NCBI RefSeq assembly: GCF_023055435.1
Contig: NW_025963891.1
Coordinates: 5,766,001 to 5,830,000, forward strand
Reading direction: 5' to 3'
Source of the DNA: Haliotis rufescens
Taxonomy: Eukaryota
Length of the DNA: 64,000 nucleotides
The notes below the pieces were generated by a model. The model saw nothing but the letters and a program-made list of their open reading frames with translations, was not told where the DNA came from and did no database searches. Below, piece after piece: positions 49,917 through 64,000 of this stretch (the stretch's first letter is position 1; the number at the start of each line of letters is the position of its first letter). The translations under genes and the position numbers were made by a program.

Positions 49917-52900
49917 ATGAGCTTCCTTTTGTAAGTTTTGTCAGCTGACTATTCTTCTCAATTTGTTTGTTTACAAACATCAGTCACAGTTATCATCTTT
50001 TGCAGAGGTTATTTCATTACATTTGATTATGACAGCAGGTGGACCATGAAATGCATTGTTGTATTATGAAGATAACGTTTGTTGTGAATGGTTCATGCAT
50101 GTTTTGGCGTGTCTTTTTTATACAAAATGGTTTCGTATCATTTTGACAAATGCTTCCGGTTTCTAAGTGTCAATGTCAAAACGTACTTATTCTGCCTTTG
50201 ACTGATACAAGGCAGCGTTTTAAACGATGTGTAAATAACTTCAATCACGAAGAGAAACGTTTTCACACTAGAGCGGAGACTGTAGAAGTTACGAGAACTG
50301 AAAAGTGTAAGATCCTGCTCTACTACCGGTTGCTGACACATTCAGAGCTAGGGACTGGTCAACAATGTAGGTAGGACTACCATACATTCGCCCTGCCAAA
50401 AACATATTGAGAACTCGGTCAATTCACCCTGTTTGAAGTATAATAATGGTATAATAATAACACAAATACCCATCAGCACAATAAGAACACTAGATTGTTC
50501 CACAGTGAGCAATGTAAACTAGCAAAAAATATACTGGACAAGAAAGGTTATAAATCATGAAATATTGTTATAGACCCTAGAGATTTAAAGAAACTCGGTC
50601 TTCACTGCCAAAAATACCTCTCGAAATATTCATGATCTCGAACTTTTTTGTTCAGTATCAGGGATAATTCTAGGGTCGGGCCTTGTGCTTTTAGCCCCGA
50701 AATTTGAAAAAAGGGCCACATTTACAAATACATTGGGGCATTTTAACATTGTGCTGTATGGGAGTACCACCTGAATTTTAACATTTTTATATTAAGGGCC
50801 CATGTCACAAAATCCCTAGAGTGAATCCTGCAGTATATATAAGGAAGTATCTCAAAACTGTTCCATATTTTGAAAAATACAGGGGCTACATTAAACTGAC
50901 GTTATGTAAGGTATTCCAAGGGAAAGAGATGAGAAAAAACATTACCACTTATCACTCTGATTTAGAGATTTTAGTCCTCTTTAATTCTTTTGCAGTGATG
51001 AATGGTGTGTTACGAATGTGTTTTTCGTAAATATTCTGTTTATTTGCAATGATATTCTAGCTTATATAGAATGACAAGTGGAACATTTACTTTTATTTGA
51101 AGAGAAGTGTTAGCATTAGTAAGAAATTGCTGGTGGTTCTGAAATGTTTCAAGTGAAAAATAGTGTCACAACCCAGGATAACATGAAAATAGAGTTCCCA
51201 CTTTGTCCCTGGGATTTACCCTGTCTATCTATTTGTGAGTTCTGGTGACTCTCAGAGAAATAATTTCCAGGCATAAAATGTGGGTCTAAACAATCCCGTG
51301 ACCGTGGTGACCTATTTAATGCCTTCAGACTGGCAACATGTGCCATACAACATTTTACTTCCAAACTTTTTAATGACGTAGTAGCACTGCATGACCTGAT
51401 GATGTAAGCTCGTTATAGATTTCCTGGTTTGAATTAAACTTACACTTGGTGACTTATGGCAAAACATTTGACATGGACCGCCTGAACATTTTCTGAACAG
51501 AATAGTAATATGTTTTTGATTTTATGATGGTATGTGCATACTGCAGCTGAACTAATTTGTATGTTTCATACAGCCATGCATGGGACTTACCATGTTAATG
51601 TGCATACAGTCATGCCCCGCTTATACGGACTTCAGATATCCGGAAACCTCGGTTCCCGGACGATTTTCATTCAAAACGAAATAATTACTATATAAATTTA
51701 CCCGTATATCCGGAAGTTCAGTTTCCGGAACCGGACGGTCATTTTCATACATAAAAAACACTGAAATGCACACAAAACTGTCTCACTTATCTGGACAATA
51801 CACTTCCGCTGGTGGTAATCCTTTGATTCGTGAGAAGTCAATTAACCAAGTGACACTGAGTTACGTTTGAGACGAGCTTGTTTATTATACATGTAATCCC
51901 CTTCGATAAATATGGCGTCTGTGGAGGTCAAAGGTCAAAGTTGTGTAAGTATGGCCTGTCAACCAGTGAAACGTAAGCGAAACGCAGTTACAGCACGCGG
52001 AAAAAGGGAAATTTGTCTGTTTAAAGAAAAACACCCGTCCGCAAGTTTAGAAACCATCAGTAAGCATTATGGCACTGAATTTGGACATACCATAGGAAAA
52101 TCGACAATTGGTGACAGTTCAAACTCCATGACAGACTTTTTGAAACGTGTATGAATAAAGATTGAGTGGATGTATCTGTTTGCTCTGTCATCTGTCATGA
52201 GTTGCATAATTGAAGGGAAGTAACTCTTCCAGTAAGAAGCTGGTTTCAGTTATACGAAAATTTGTTTGTATAAACGAGGCACGACTGTATTATACACATA
52301 CGTGTAAATTCTTAAGTTATGTGTATATATTATGCAAACTGTTTTGTCTAGTAAAAACCTTGTTTGCACTGAGCAAGAAGTTTGTTAATCTTTTTTTTCT
52401 AGACCATTTCATTGGGAACTCCTGGCAGTAGTTATTGTAGTTTGTTGTTTAATGCTGGAACCAATGATATTCCAGCTAAATCTTGGCTGGTTGTAAATAA
52501 TTAAGTCTGCACTAGATAATCTTGTGATTGATATTGTAAGCAACGTCCGATGTCACGATGACACCCAATTAACCAATTCGCAGATTTTGATCGCAAGCCA
52601 TTAGTTGCCTTGTACAACAAGCATAGGTTACTGGGGACCTGATCAAGCCAAGAATCCCTGTGGGGGAGGCAATTATAGTATAGTATTATATATAGTATAT
52701 CAACAAGTCATTAAAACATGTTTATAAAGTAGTAGGATTTATTCTGAATCAATTTCAACAAGCATATGTTAAATGCTGCACTTCTTTTGAGAATTTGTGA
52801 AATGTAAAGATGTGCTCTTGTTAGCAGATATGAGGTAGATGATATTGCAAGCTGTAGCACCAGTCCCAGACACCCTTGCTTGTAGTAGGAAGCAACTTAA

Positions 52901-55810
52901 TGGGTCTGGTGGTCTGCCTCCTACATGGTTGATAGCGTAGTATTGTGTGTTGTGGAGTGCTGTGGTAAAAAACAACCAACAGACAAACCTAGCACCAGTA
53001 GTCATTGGCTGTAAATGGAGTAAATACTGTCACTAAGTGTTAGTCTGTAAACCTTGCTTTTTCTGTAGGATTACTGGATTTGTTTCTTTTTTTCTTCTCG
53101 TTTAACGCCACACTCAGCTATATGATGGCGGCCTGTAGTTAATTGAATCTGATCCAGACAACCCAGTGAGCAATATTGCGAGCAACTGTCCACACCGTCA
53201 GGGTATGATGACATGCAATTAACCAAGTCACCGAGCCCAACCACGCGATCCATTTGCTTGCCTCTTACAACTAGTATAGATTGCTGAGACCCATTCTGAC
53301 CAGAAATACCCACAGGGCAGTTACTGTTTGGAAGGTCTAGTTTGTATTAGAGGGATATTGCCTATGCCGAGGCTAATCTCACCTAGATTAATCAGGATAA
53401 ACAAGATTTCAGTGTATAATATTGCAAGCAGTTATAACATGGCTGGATTAGCTATCCATGGAGAATGTTCACCTGGCTGATTGTACTAATACTGTTCATT
53501 CTTTGTTGTTTGCAGTGGAAGTCGAAACAACAAAACATTCAAACCAAAGAAGAACATCCCCGAAGGAACTCATCAGTATGACTTGATGAAACATGCGGCG
53601 GTTACCCTGGGAAGTGGTAACCTCCGTCTGGCCGTTATGCTCCCTGAGGGGGAGGACCTCAATGAGTGGGTGGCAGTCAACAGTGAGTAGCCCACAGGCT
53701 AGCCTAAGGCCACACTTTTTTGAATTTTATGTTTCACCTTTTCCACACAAGGTCGGTCGNNNNNNNNNNNNNNNNNNNNNNNNNNNNNNNNNNNNNNNNN
53801 NNNNNNNNNNNNNNNNNNNNNNNNNNNNNNNNNNNNNNNNNNNNNNNNNNNNNNNNNNNNNNNNNNNNNNNNNNNNNNNNNNNNNNNNNNNNNNNNNNNN
53901 NNNNNNNNNNNNNNNNNNATTCTGCCATTCATTCTGCCATTCATTCATTCATTCTGCCATGGAGTTGAAACTGCAGCTGGCTTGTTGAATCACTGATAAA
54001 GATGTAGACATGGAATATGTATATAACATTTTTTATTGAGGGTCTTTGTTGCTAGCCGGAGAAATACTATAAATAATTATTTTTAAGTTTAATATGTTTC
54101 TTTTCTGGCTGCTTTTCCAAAAATAAATGTGTGGCCTAAAGAGAATGCATTGTTCGAAATTCCATGTATATAGGATTCCAAACAGTGCCCTTCACAAGCA
54201 AACTGTGAAACAATTCTCATTTTGATTCTGAGATATTTAGCATTGCATCAAATGCAATAATGTAAACTTAAGCACGATGGCCTCTTTCTATCTGCTGGTC
54301 CTGTTTTCAGTGAAATACTACTAAGTATCTCGACTAAGCCAACTTACATTAACAGGAGTTGGGAAGTTTAGTTTCGAATTTTTACTGACATTTGCTGCAG
54401 AAGTGTGGCCAGATATTGGCCTGAGAAAGTGTAGATAAATTCCTGGTATTATAGTGCTTGTTGTTAAAGTAGTAATGACATGATTAAAATACGTTCCTAG
54501 TATATGAAGGGCACACTTTGAAGTCTTTGTTTTAGCAAAAATATATATTCCAAATTTCAACTACAGGTATATATTATCTAGCCTTGGAGAAATGATAGAT
54601 CAAAATTTATATTCTAATTGGCACACTTTATTATGAAAGGGCACACCTAACCATGTTCATGAGTGACCTGTGATACACTTGGAAAAATATTACATTTGTA
54701 TCTGTTAAAACAACAGATAAGATTGTTTGTTTTGACATTGTTTAATATGATATCCACCTCCATCCACAGCTGTTGACTTCTTCAACCAAATCAACATGCT
54801 GTATGGCACAATCACAGAGTTCTGCTCGGAGGAGTCATGTTCGGTGATGTCTGCGGGGCCAAAGTACGAGTACCACTGGGCTGATGGACAGACCATCAAG
54901 AAGCCTATCAAGTGCTCGGCCCCCAAGTACATTGACTACCTCATGACCTGGGTGCAGGACCAGTTGGACGATGAAACACTCTTTCCCTCTAAAATAGGTC
55001 AGTATTGTCCAACGACAGCTGTAGGACACTTCTCTTGAAGTGAAGCTACACAATTCATGTTCAGTTTTGATTTTTACAAAAATTTCAAGAATCGTCGGGG
55101 CACTGGTGGCCCAGTTGTCTAAGGTGCCACAATTCGTTCAGCAGGGTTGCATCCCTTAGGCATGCCAGGATTGTGGGCTTGAATCTAGGTTCGTCCTGAT
55201 TATGTTCTATGTTGTCAGCACTGTACCTTTGGCATCATTGGGGTCTTTCTCCCACAATAAGCTGACAAACTGTGATGTAACTGAAATACTGTTCAAAGCC
55301 TTAAGCTCACCCAAGTTTGATCCCCACATGGGTTCAGTGTGTGCAGTCCATTTCTTGTGTCTCCTGCCATTATGTTGCTCAACTTTTGGTAAAATTAGTG
55401 TCAAACCATACTCACTTATTGTACCCCGACAAGAAGGCTTGCTGGTGAAGCTATCTGCCATTGTTGTTTTTCGACCTAGATTCTTAACATCATGATAACC
55501 TGTAATAAACCAGGCTGTGAAACAAACCAGGCTGTGAAACAAACTTCAGTCGCTTGTTTTCATTTAAGGTGTGCCATTCCCGAAGAACTTCCTGTCCATT
55601 GCCAAAACGATCCTGAAGCGCCTGTTCCGTGTGTATGCACATATCTACCACCAGCACTTCAAGGAGGTGGTCCAGCTGAGCGAGGAGGCTCACCTCAACA
55701 CGTCCTTCAAGCACTTCATCTTCTTTGTGCAGGAGTTCAACCTCATAGACAGAAAGGAACTAGCGCCTCTACAGGAGCTTATTGATAAACTCACCAGCAA
55801 GGACCGATAG
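49917..55810 (+). CDS. MOB1: MOB kinase activator 1 (Hippo pathway, mats), 4 coding exons, 216 aa
   Basis: Exons 49917-49930, 53516-53682, 54770-54997, 55569-55810 (651 nt). [26 protein letters not shown]...[40 protein letters not shown]...[18 protein letters not shown]. Confidence 0.98.
51605..52289 (+). mobile_element. Internally deleted pogo/Tigger-family DNA transposon
   Basis: TIRs tacagtcatgccccgcttatac / gtataaacgaggcacgactgta with TA TSD. ORF 51912-52154 encodes a CENP-B/psq-type HTH start [16 protein letters not shown]...IGKSTIGD. Confidence 0.85.
53760..53918. other. Assembly gap (159 N) in MOB1 intron 2
   Basis: Run of N. Confidence 1.
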
Positions 55811-55891
55811 ATGCCAATCCCCAGGAACCTCCTGGCTAATGTTCTTCAAAGTTTACAGTGATTCTGCAGAATCTACAGTCTTCTTGTGACT

Positions 55892-56270
55892 TGCTAGGGA
55901 TGTAACGATATGCTTGAGCGATGACCTGCTAGGGATGTAACGATATGCTTGAGCGATGACCTGCTAGGGATGTAACGATATGCTTGAGCAACTGCAGGAT
56001 TGCAATGTCCATGCTGAATTATGGGATGTAATTTGATGTTTGATTCTAAAAGTTTTTTAGAGATATAATAACTGAAATTTACTGTTTGCACTAAATGATA
56101 ATGTTCATCCATTTGGCAATTATGGACTTGATGCGCATTAATATAGAGGCCTTATTGTTCCTGCCATGCTCACAGCAGTATGAACAACCATGGCGGTGGA
56201 ACTCTTGCTGTTAAACATGAAAAATTTGTAATGATTTTAGGCAATTAATCAACTAATCGTTACACCCATA
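55892..56270 (+). mobile_element. hAT-like MITE with triplicated left end (35-bp unit x3) just downstream of the MOB1 stop
   Basis: tagggatgtaacgat repeated three times at 55895-55990. Inverted partner atcgttacaccca at ~56256-56268. Confidence 0.55.
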
Positions 56271-57904
56271 ATTTTTAGAATTGACGTTAGATTCCATTGT
56301 GGTTTGAGGCTTGTGATCCATGAGTATTTTCATTATCGGTGATAAGGTTTAGACGGACTTCCAGTGTTTTAATGATGGAGACCATGTGGTAAATGGAAAA
56401 GGCATGTTGTATGTCCTGCCAAAGTAATCTGCTTTAAATGTGTGCATCTACTGATGTTGAACATGAGGACGTGCTCCTAACTAGTCATACATGAAAACAC
56501 CATATCATTAACGTAGTGCTTGTTAGCCTTAGTGAAATATTCATTTGGAATTGGTAGCCATCAAATATCCATCATCCTCTGTCTTCTATTGTGGTATCAC
56601 ACTCTATCTTTTAGGGGACATCATATCCTTTTGTTGATTGTGACGGACAGGAAGGTAGTATACGTCTGTAAGATGACTATAGATTCTGCCAATGACCAAC
56701 ATGTCACCTTCTGGCCTTCGACATATGAAGCACTACCGCGGCAAGTGGTAGATGGCAACATGTCACGCCTCACCGACCAACCATGCATGCCTTGTTGTTT
56801 CACTATGGAATTGTGTTGCTAGTCTGCTGTAGCCAGTCAATATGGCTGTTACTATTTTATGCTTCATTTTGTTAACTGTTTATGAGCAGGACTCAGTGTT
56901 TGTGGACTGCCCAGTTCAGGCGTGGGGACATGCTGATAGGTCACAAATAGTGATGTCAGTGTGAAGCTCTGGCAGCGTCTCTGGACCAAAGTGTTTCACA
57001 GCTTGTGTGATTATTAGAAACCCTGTCAGGGAGTATGTGAAGCTGATGGCATTTTCTGGAGATGTTCATTTTACTTTAGAATGTAGACTTCTTCCTTTTT
57101 CACTACTGAAAGAGAGGAATTTTAAACCCTTTAAAATATTTGAATTGCGCTAGAAATCATATAAATTGTAGATGAGACAAAATGTTGGAAATGAAGATCC
57201 TGTGATTTTAGTTGTGAAGATCTTAAATCATGACCAGTAGGATTCCTGTTAGTTTGCTCTGTGCTGTTGGCGGCACCGTCCTGGGGTTCTTAGAGAATCG
57301 AAAATGTTCTCGAGAAAACATGCTATTAAAATATTACTGAAGATTTTATCGCTGTGTCATTACACACAAAGTACTTTGTCCAGGCTGAAACAGAGGATTC
57401 CCTGATTCCCAGATGGAGATAATGCAGTGTGAGTTGCTAGTAGATGGTGTCTCCGATTGACGTGTGTAGGACTGCTCTGTATTGTGTAATTTTGGAAGCG
57501 GCCACCATCATCTAGGTATGCGAGTAGGAGTGCTGATGTGTTTCATGTCCCATATACGTTCAGTGTCACCTGGGCCCATGCCCTTCACTATATGCAGTGC
57601 CAATATTACCTATAAGCTTGCTTATCAGCGGTCTCCAAATATGAATAGTATGTATTGCATGTCAAGCCATCTTGAGACTGACTAACATTGTTTCTATCAT
57701 CTCTGCTTGGACCACAGACCAAAGTGGGCATAGCCTGGGTGTTTATTGTTTGGGTTGAACACCCTAGAAAGTCCCCTGCAAGGGAACAGTGTACATGCTG
57801 CTCCCTTCTAGATAATGTGATTCTACTCTTAATGGACTTGTGTCTGTGGTCTCCTCTAGATTACTACGTATTGCATTGCCATCACACAGAGACTTGCTAC
57901 AGTT

Positions 57905-58580
57905 TGGTGTTATATATCACACGCCATCGTGCTACATATCGTGTTATGTATCCCAGATCTGCAACAGATCATGTGTTATATAGCACGGCTGTCCTGCAGA
58001 TCATGTGTTATATATCACACACCATCATGCTACAGATCCTTTTATGTATCACAGATCTGCAACAGATCATGTGTTATATATCACACACCATCATGCTACA
58101 GATCCTTTTATGTATCACAGATCTGCAACAGATCATGTGTTATATATCACACACCATCGTGCTACAGATCATGTTATGTATCCCAGATCTGCAACAGATC
58201 ATGTGTTATATAGCACGGCTGTGCTGCAGATCATGTGTTATATATCACACACCATCATGCTGCAGATCATGTGTTATACATCACACAGATTTGCTACAGT
58301 TCATGTGTTATTTGTCACAACTATTTGCTGCAAATCATGTTATTTATCCAGCAGAATTCCTGAAGATCATGTGTTATATATATCACATAGATTTCTTAAA
58401 GATGTGTTATATGTCACACATAGACTTGCAACTAGTCTGGTTTTATATATCATATAGACTTGCTACAAATCCTGTTTATATATCACACAGACTTGCAACA
58501 GATCATGTGTTATATAACAGATTTGCTAGAGATCATGTTATATATCACACATAGACTTGCTACAGATCAAGTGTTAATCT
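57905..58580 (+). repeat. Complex minisatellite (cagatcatgtgttatatatcacac core)
   Basis: Direct inspection. Confidence 0.9.
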
Positions 58581-59486
58581 GTGCGTCGCTGATCTGTTGT
58601 CATGGAGTAATCATCTGTGATAGCACAGACCAGTGATGTGTACAAGAAAATTACCTTCTAAGATGTCTTTCAAATTCATTTATGGCAATACATACCCACA
58701 AGCTATATCTCACCTTTTGAGTGGGATTGTTATGGCCTTGTTAGAGTGGTGAAACATGTGAGGTTGTTGTAGACAATTTAGATGGTGAACCTGTTCATTT
58801 TCAAGAACTGTCAATTTTTAAGGTAAATTAGAAGTGATATAGCTTTGTGATTTGATTGACTTGGCAGTTTTGGATGTGAACATAGTTACTAGCTATTGTC
58901 GAAATAAACCTTGCTGTCATGTTTCATTTACATATTAAGTCTACATATTGAGTCTACTGTTTCTTTGTGTCATGGTTTGGTATTAGTGTTGACATAATAT
59001 GTGTGATATTCCCCGTATTGTGGAAACATCTTTGAGTAGTTTTCTTCCCCTCCTATTGAGCTTTGGTCAGTCTAGGATTGGGTTTCTCTCTTTTTTCTTC
59101 TTCAAGTTTTATCAAGACGTTTTCATTTATTTTTCACAAGTGCCATTCATATTGTTGATGTATGTAGATTTTGATGTTAGATGTCGTTCTGTGTAACTGA
59201 TATGTTGTTTAGTTCCCTGTTATTACTGGCTGCATTGTCCTCAGCTCTGTACTGTTAAAGGTGTTGTATGTATGTGAGAGGAATCTCGACTGACCCCCAA
59301 CCCGTCACGTATCCACGTCAGCTAGATGTAACCTAGTGACACTCATGGATGAAGCTTTTCATGGGAATATACATGTACCCTGGTGCTTTACCATTAGAAC
59401 CAGCAGACAGTTTGACGTTTTGTCTGTAACAATATTAGTATCCCTCTTAAAGGGTGTTGTCTGCCAATCTTTTTGAGATAAATTAC

Positions 59487-59840
59487 CAGTAATTCTCCAT
59501 GTGAGATATGGTACATATTGTCCCATGTGAGATATTGTCAGTAATTCTCCATGTGAGTGATATGGTACATATTGTCCCATGTGAGATATTTTCTGTAATT
59601 CTCTATGTGAGATATGGTACATATTGTCCCATGTGAGATATTGTCAGTAATTCTCCATGTGAGATATGGTACATATTGTCCCATGTGAGATATTGTCAGT
59701 AATTCTCCGTGTGAGATATGGTACATATTGTCCCATGTGAGATATTTTCTGTAATTCTCCGTGTGAGATATGGTACATATTGTCCCATGTGAGATATTGT
59801 CAGTAATTCTCCGTGTGAGATATGGTACATATTATCGCAT
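59487..59840 (+). repeat. Tandem repeat, 52-bp unit x~6.5
   Basis: cagtaattctccatgtgagatatggtacatattgtcccatgtgagatattgt. Confidence 0.95.
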
Positions 59841-61696
59841 GTAAGGTATTGTGTGTAATTTGCCATAAGGCATGTTCCATAACCCCCTACAACAGACATG
59901 GTCTATTTTCCCTGATGAAAGAGATTTCTGAAAGCTCTTTGTTCTTGTCTGTAATACCTTGGAAGCTGTTGTCTGTAATTCCCTGGAAGCTTTTGTCTAA
60001 TTCCCTGGAAGCTATGTCCTTGTATGCTTGTTCCCTCCACGAGAGCCCATGGCATGTAGACCTTGAAGCTACAAACCAAATGGCAACATCACCGCCTCAC
60101 TAATGCACTCAAGGGGCCATCAGTCTTCACTTCAGGGATGCCTTCTTCACACTTGCTGCTCCAGTTCTTGTAAGCACAGGCTTTATGAAATCAATGTCCC
60201 ATATTTGTAGTATTTTGTGTTGAGAAAATCCAGATTGGAAGATGAGGTGTTTCTTGTACAATGTTGCCTAGGGCATAACATTATAATCATTCAGCAGTGA
60301 TAGAGGGGTTTGCTTCTAAATCACGATCCAACTCACTTTGATCTGGTCCCAGCGCATCTTCAACATCCACACGGAAAGGTTTCTCTGACCTCCCATTTGG
60401 TCATATCACCAGCCATCTTGGAAGATGTTGAGTGTGTACTGGGACAAGGTGGAAGATAGTTTGACCGGTCGTGTACAGTCATTGGTATCTCGATGTAAGC
60501 TAACGCCAGGTGCTCATCCAGAAATTCCATCCCATAAACTTATTTATCTATCATTTCTTCATAATGAGTTGACAGACTATCTGCCATCATTGTACATTAT
60601 GTACATAGAAATTGTATGTAGCAAATATCTTTTGTATAAAATATATACAATACTATTCTGGTGTTGCTTTTAATATTTCCTTGTATGTCAGTTGGCAGAA
60701 TACATGAAGAGGGGAAAGAACTCTGCCGTATATCACTTTTGTTTTTTTACATAACATTGGGTGATATACAAGCTACATGAGGGCAGGCTGTCTAAGCCAG
60801 ATAACATCTCCCACTGTACAATGGCAGGCAATCAGCCAAGTCACAGACCACCTGATCCAGGAGGCAAGAAACTGTTGCTGGCCACCAACCCTTCACCCAG
60901 ACCTCCCATGGATAACAGTGAACACAGCATACCTTGTGGTCTTCCCACCACCTTTGCAGTGCAGAGTTGTCCCCCTTAGCTGTGCCAGGATCCTGAGTTA
61001 AGGTTGGAATTCATATTCACCCAACAAAGAAATTATGATGCTTGGTCTATCCCATTGGTTTCACTAAAATGGTGAGAGGTGACTTTGGGCTTTCCTTGCA
61101 ATTAAAGCAGGTACAATGAAAACACTGTTCACTGTGGCCTTAAACCCAGTATCCCTAACTCCCGCAGAAAAGACATCTTCGATGGTAGAGCATTGAGATT
61201 TCCATGTGTGTTCTTTGTTGGAAAATAGGCCTCTCATCTACCTACTACATCTGTCGACTTCACAAGGTTGAAAAACATATGTCCTGGGCTTTTACAAAAA
61301 ACGAGACATGTGAAGATCCGGTTACGATAGGTCTGTATGAACCCATCTTTGCCGTAAAAGGCGACTATGCTTGTAAGAGCGGAGTTTGGTCGGCCAGACT
61401 GACTGGCTTGATTCATGCATGTCATCGTATCCCAATTGGGTGGATCGAATGGTCCAGACTCTTCATATAGCTGTAATATTGCTGAGTAACACGCACGCAC
61501 GCACGCACGCACGCACACAGAAATTAGAAAATAACATTACAGAAACACAAAAGGGTATGGGGTGATGATAATGGGTGGACAAGACAACGGAAGGACTATG
61601 TGTAAACTGACCATGTTGGGTGTATTGTGAGGGTGCAAACAACCAAGACGGACGACAGGGGTGTGCAGTAAACAATGAACGTTTGAGAAGATTTCA

Positions 61697-62578
61697 TCAG
61701 TAGTGGGTCATGCCCCGAGGATTAGTCAAACAGTCGTTTATAGCACGTGCAATGGTTCGAATTAATCTCCCAATGAAAATATGAGGGAGACTTGTCCACT
61801 TCTATTGCAGCGCCTGGCCCAGTTCAGCTAACGTAGCGGGTGGCCTTTGACGTCTGCGTACACGTCTCCCGATCATGTCGCAGACGTGCTCTATGCGGGA
61901 AAGGTCAGGACTCATGGCTGGCCATTGCATTCTGGTGATGTTTTGCTGCTGCGGTCACGGTGGGCACGAGGATTATCGACCTAAATGAGGACCAGCATGG
62001 CGCGCAAACGACACAACTATTGGCGCCAGTATATTGTCTCGGTAGTACTGTCCAGTGATCCTTTACATGGACTATATGCAATGACCCCGCCCCACATCTA
62101 TACAGACCGACGTCCAAATCTGTCATGTTACCTTACGTTGACGTTCGTTAGGATGCCTCCAGACACGTCAAAGCCTATCCAGAAAGACAAGAGGAAAAAT
62201 CTGGAATCCCTGAAAACATTGCACGAGACCATCTGCGATTCCCCCAGTTTCTATGCTCTAAGGTCGCCGTGCAAGCGGACGATTTCTTATCGTCTGTACA
62301 GTTACTTAAACTCTTGAGGCCTGGCGTGATTTGATTGGCTGTTTGGCTCGATTTCTTGAAAGATCCCGGATTTATGTTGTTTACCTAGGGTACCCTGTGC
62401 AGGGACGATCATTGCATTGCCTGGCCCAGTTCAGCTAACGTAGCGGATGGCCTTTGACGTCTGCGTACACGTCTCCCGATCATGTCGCAGACGTGCTCTA
62501 TGCGGGAACGGTCAGGACTCATGGCTGGCCATTGCATTCTGGTGATGTTTTGCTGCTGCGGTCACGGTGGGCACGAGC
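61697..62578 (-). pseudogene. Tc1 (DD34E-type) transposase relic with a duplicated segment
   Basis: Minus strand YYRDNILAPIVV..., VDNPRAHR, MQWPAMSPDLSRIEHVCDMIGRRV...PATLAELGQAL...GMTHY*, with stops and frameshifts. 61812-61969 is duplicated at 62418-62577. Confidence 0.8.
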
Positions 62579-62588
62579 GTTGTCGTCT

Positions 62589-62720
62589 TGAATATTGCAG
62601 CAATATCACGGCGGGGGACACCAGAAAAGGGCTTCACACATTGTACCCATGTCGGGAATCGAACCCGGGTCTTCGGCGTGACGAGCTAACGCTTTAACCA
62701 GAAGGCTAGCCGACCGCCCT
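62589..62720 (-). mobile_element. SINE family C copy
   Basis: Reverse complement matches 21982-22110, including GGTTCGATTCC. Confidence 0.8.
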
Positions 62721-63084
62721 CGAGGCGCGGGTAAAGGGAGATAACCATATAAGACAGGCCTACTGTAAAACACTCGAACACTTTCAGGCCATTTTTCCGA
62801 AATATTGGGTATACACAGGAACTCGTTATTGGTCAGTAAATAAAAATATATACCCCCCCTATATGTAAGTAGAGAAATGGAGCGTCACTCGCCATCTTGC
62901 CTGTTTGTTAACATTCGATATCCACGGCGATTTTTGTATTATAAGCTTATTGACAAGCGCATTTCTTGCCGTAGATTGATCGATAATACATTTCTACACA
63001 TGTACAAGTCATCTACATTCGAACAATGTCCCTTACTTACCGAAATATCGACAGTTTATTTCGCTACCTGGGAAAATGTTACCA

Positions 63085-63249
63085 ACCCCGAGCGGAAGTA
63101 AATTTCAAACGCGGGCAAAATCGAGCGAGCCACCTGATTGGCTGAAAATACGCAGCCCTCTAATTAAAGAAATTAGTGCGAAATTTGAAGACAGTTATCT
63201 GGAGCGACAGCAGAATCTAAAAAATGACATCAGATAATTTCTTCAAATG
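63085..63249 (+). promoter_or_regulatory. Possible promoter and first exon of the next gene
   Basis: CpG-rich patch with CGGAAGT, GATTGG and TTTGAA (CHR-like). ATG at 63224 or 63247, followed by TG|GTAAAT. Confidence 0.3.
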
Positions 63250-64000
63250 GTAAATATTTATTATGAATATGTTTTTCATTTTATAATATACTTGTCATCT
63301 AAAGCTTATCTATTATTAGCTGGTGAATTTTAAATTTACATCACTATATTAATATAATAGGCACATTTTCATGTATACTGCCTGTGCCTTATGACATTAT
63401 GATTACTGGTCAAGCAGATTGAAAATGAATAAAGTGAACATTTCAAGTTAATATTTATCATGAATGCAAAGTAATAAATCTATTTAAGAATAATAAGTAA
63501 ATTACAACATTACATGATAATATGAATATCACAAACACCCAAATCTCATGATGTGCCATTATAATATATGAAATTCTGAATTTTTACCAATGGCAGCTAT
63601 ATTGCGATGTTACAATAATTCAATTTTCAGTTATGTAAAGTTCTTGAAACATTCTTGTACATGAAAAGTATGTTGAAGATAGCAAAAGTACTAAACCAGT
63701 TGAAGAGATTTTCCAGAAATTTTGTGACAACTTTGGTCACAGATCAAAAGTGTTTGTCGGAAAATATATAAAAAAATGCTTTTCCAAATATCACCACAAC
63801 CAGGCACCGAAAACCTGGTGATTGGACAAAAAAACATCACGGTTTACCGTGGCATCAATGTGAGATCTGAACAGACACAAAACATTGAATTTGCTGCAAT
63901 ATCTGATAACATTCCAAAAGACTATTTTGTACTGCATACTCTATAACTGTTGGAAGGCAGACAGGATTATCCTGTAATGGGAACATGATATATTTACAAG

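Noticed and set aside
53593-53988. ORFs spanning X runs
   Set aside because: Artefacts of the N gap.
57688-58554. 288-aa ORF
   Set aside because: Minisatellite translation with no recognisable domain.

Overview
Eukaryotic (animal) genomic DNA. The repeat families suggest a gastropod mollusc such as abalone, but that is an inference. Six housekeeping genes lie in strictly alternating orientation, forming three head-to-head pairs: MRPL12(-)/TMA16(+), PCNA(-)/MICU1(+) and an hnRNP F/H-family gene(-)/MOB1(+). All six were reconstructed by hand with GT-AG boundaries and continuous reading frames. Introns and intergenic DNA hold three SINE-like families, Tc1/pogo relics, MITEs, minisatellites and one assembly gap. 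Most interesting: (1) a non-tRNA retroposon whose defined 5' end is a ~67-nt pseudoknotted RNA motif, with base changes between variants that keep the pairing (candidate ribozyme or other structured RNA); (2) a 21-nt MICU1 micro-exon with muscle-type splicing motifs, at the position of the vertebrate MICU1.1 micro-exon; (3) an AS-NMD circuit in the hnRNP F/H gene: a 139-nt G-run-flanked exon like human HNRNPH1 exon 4, plus a poison micro-exon; (4) an inverted duplication bracketing a 201-nt in-frame MICU1 exon pair (circRNA candidate).
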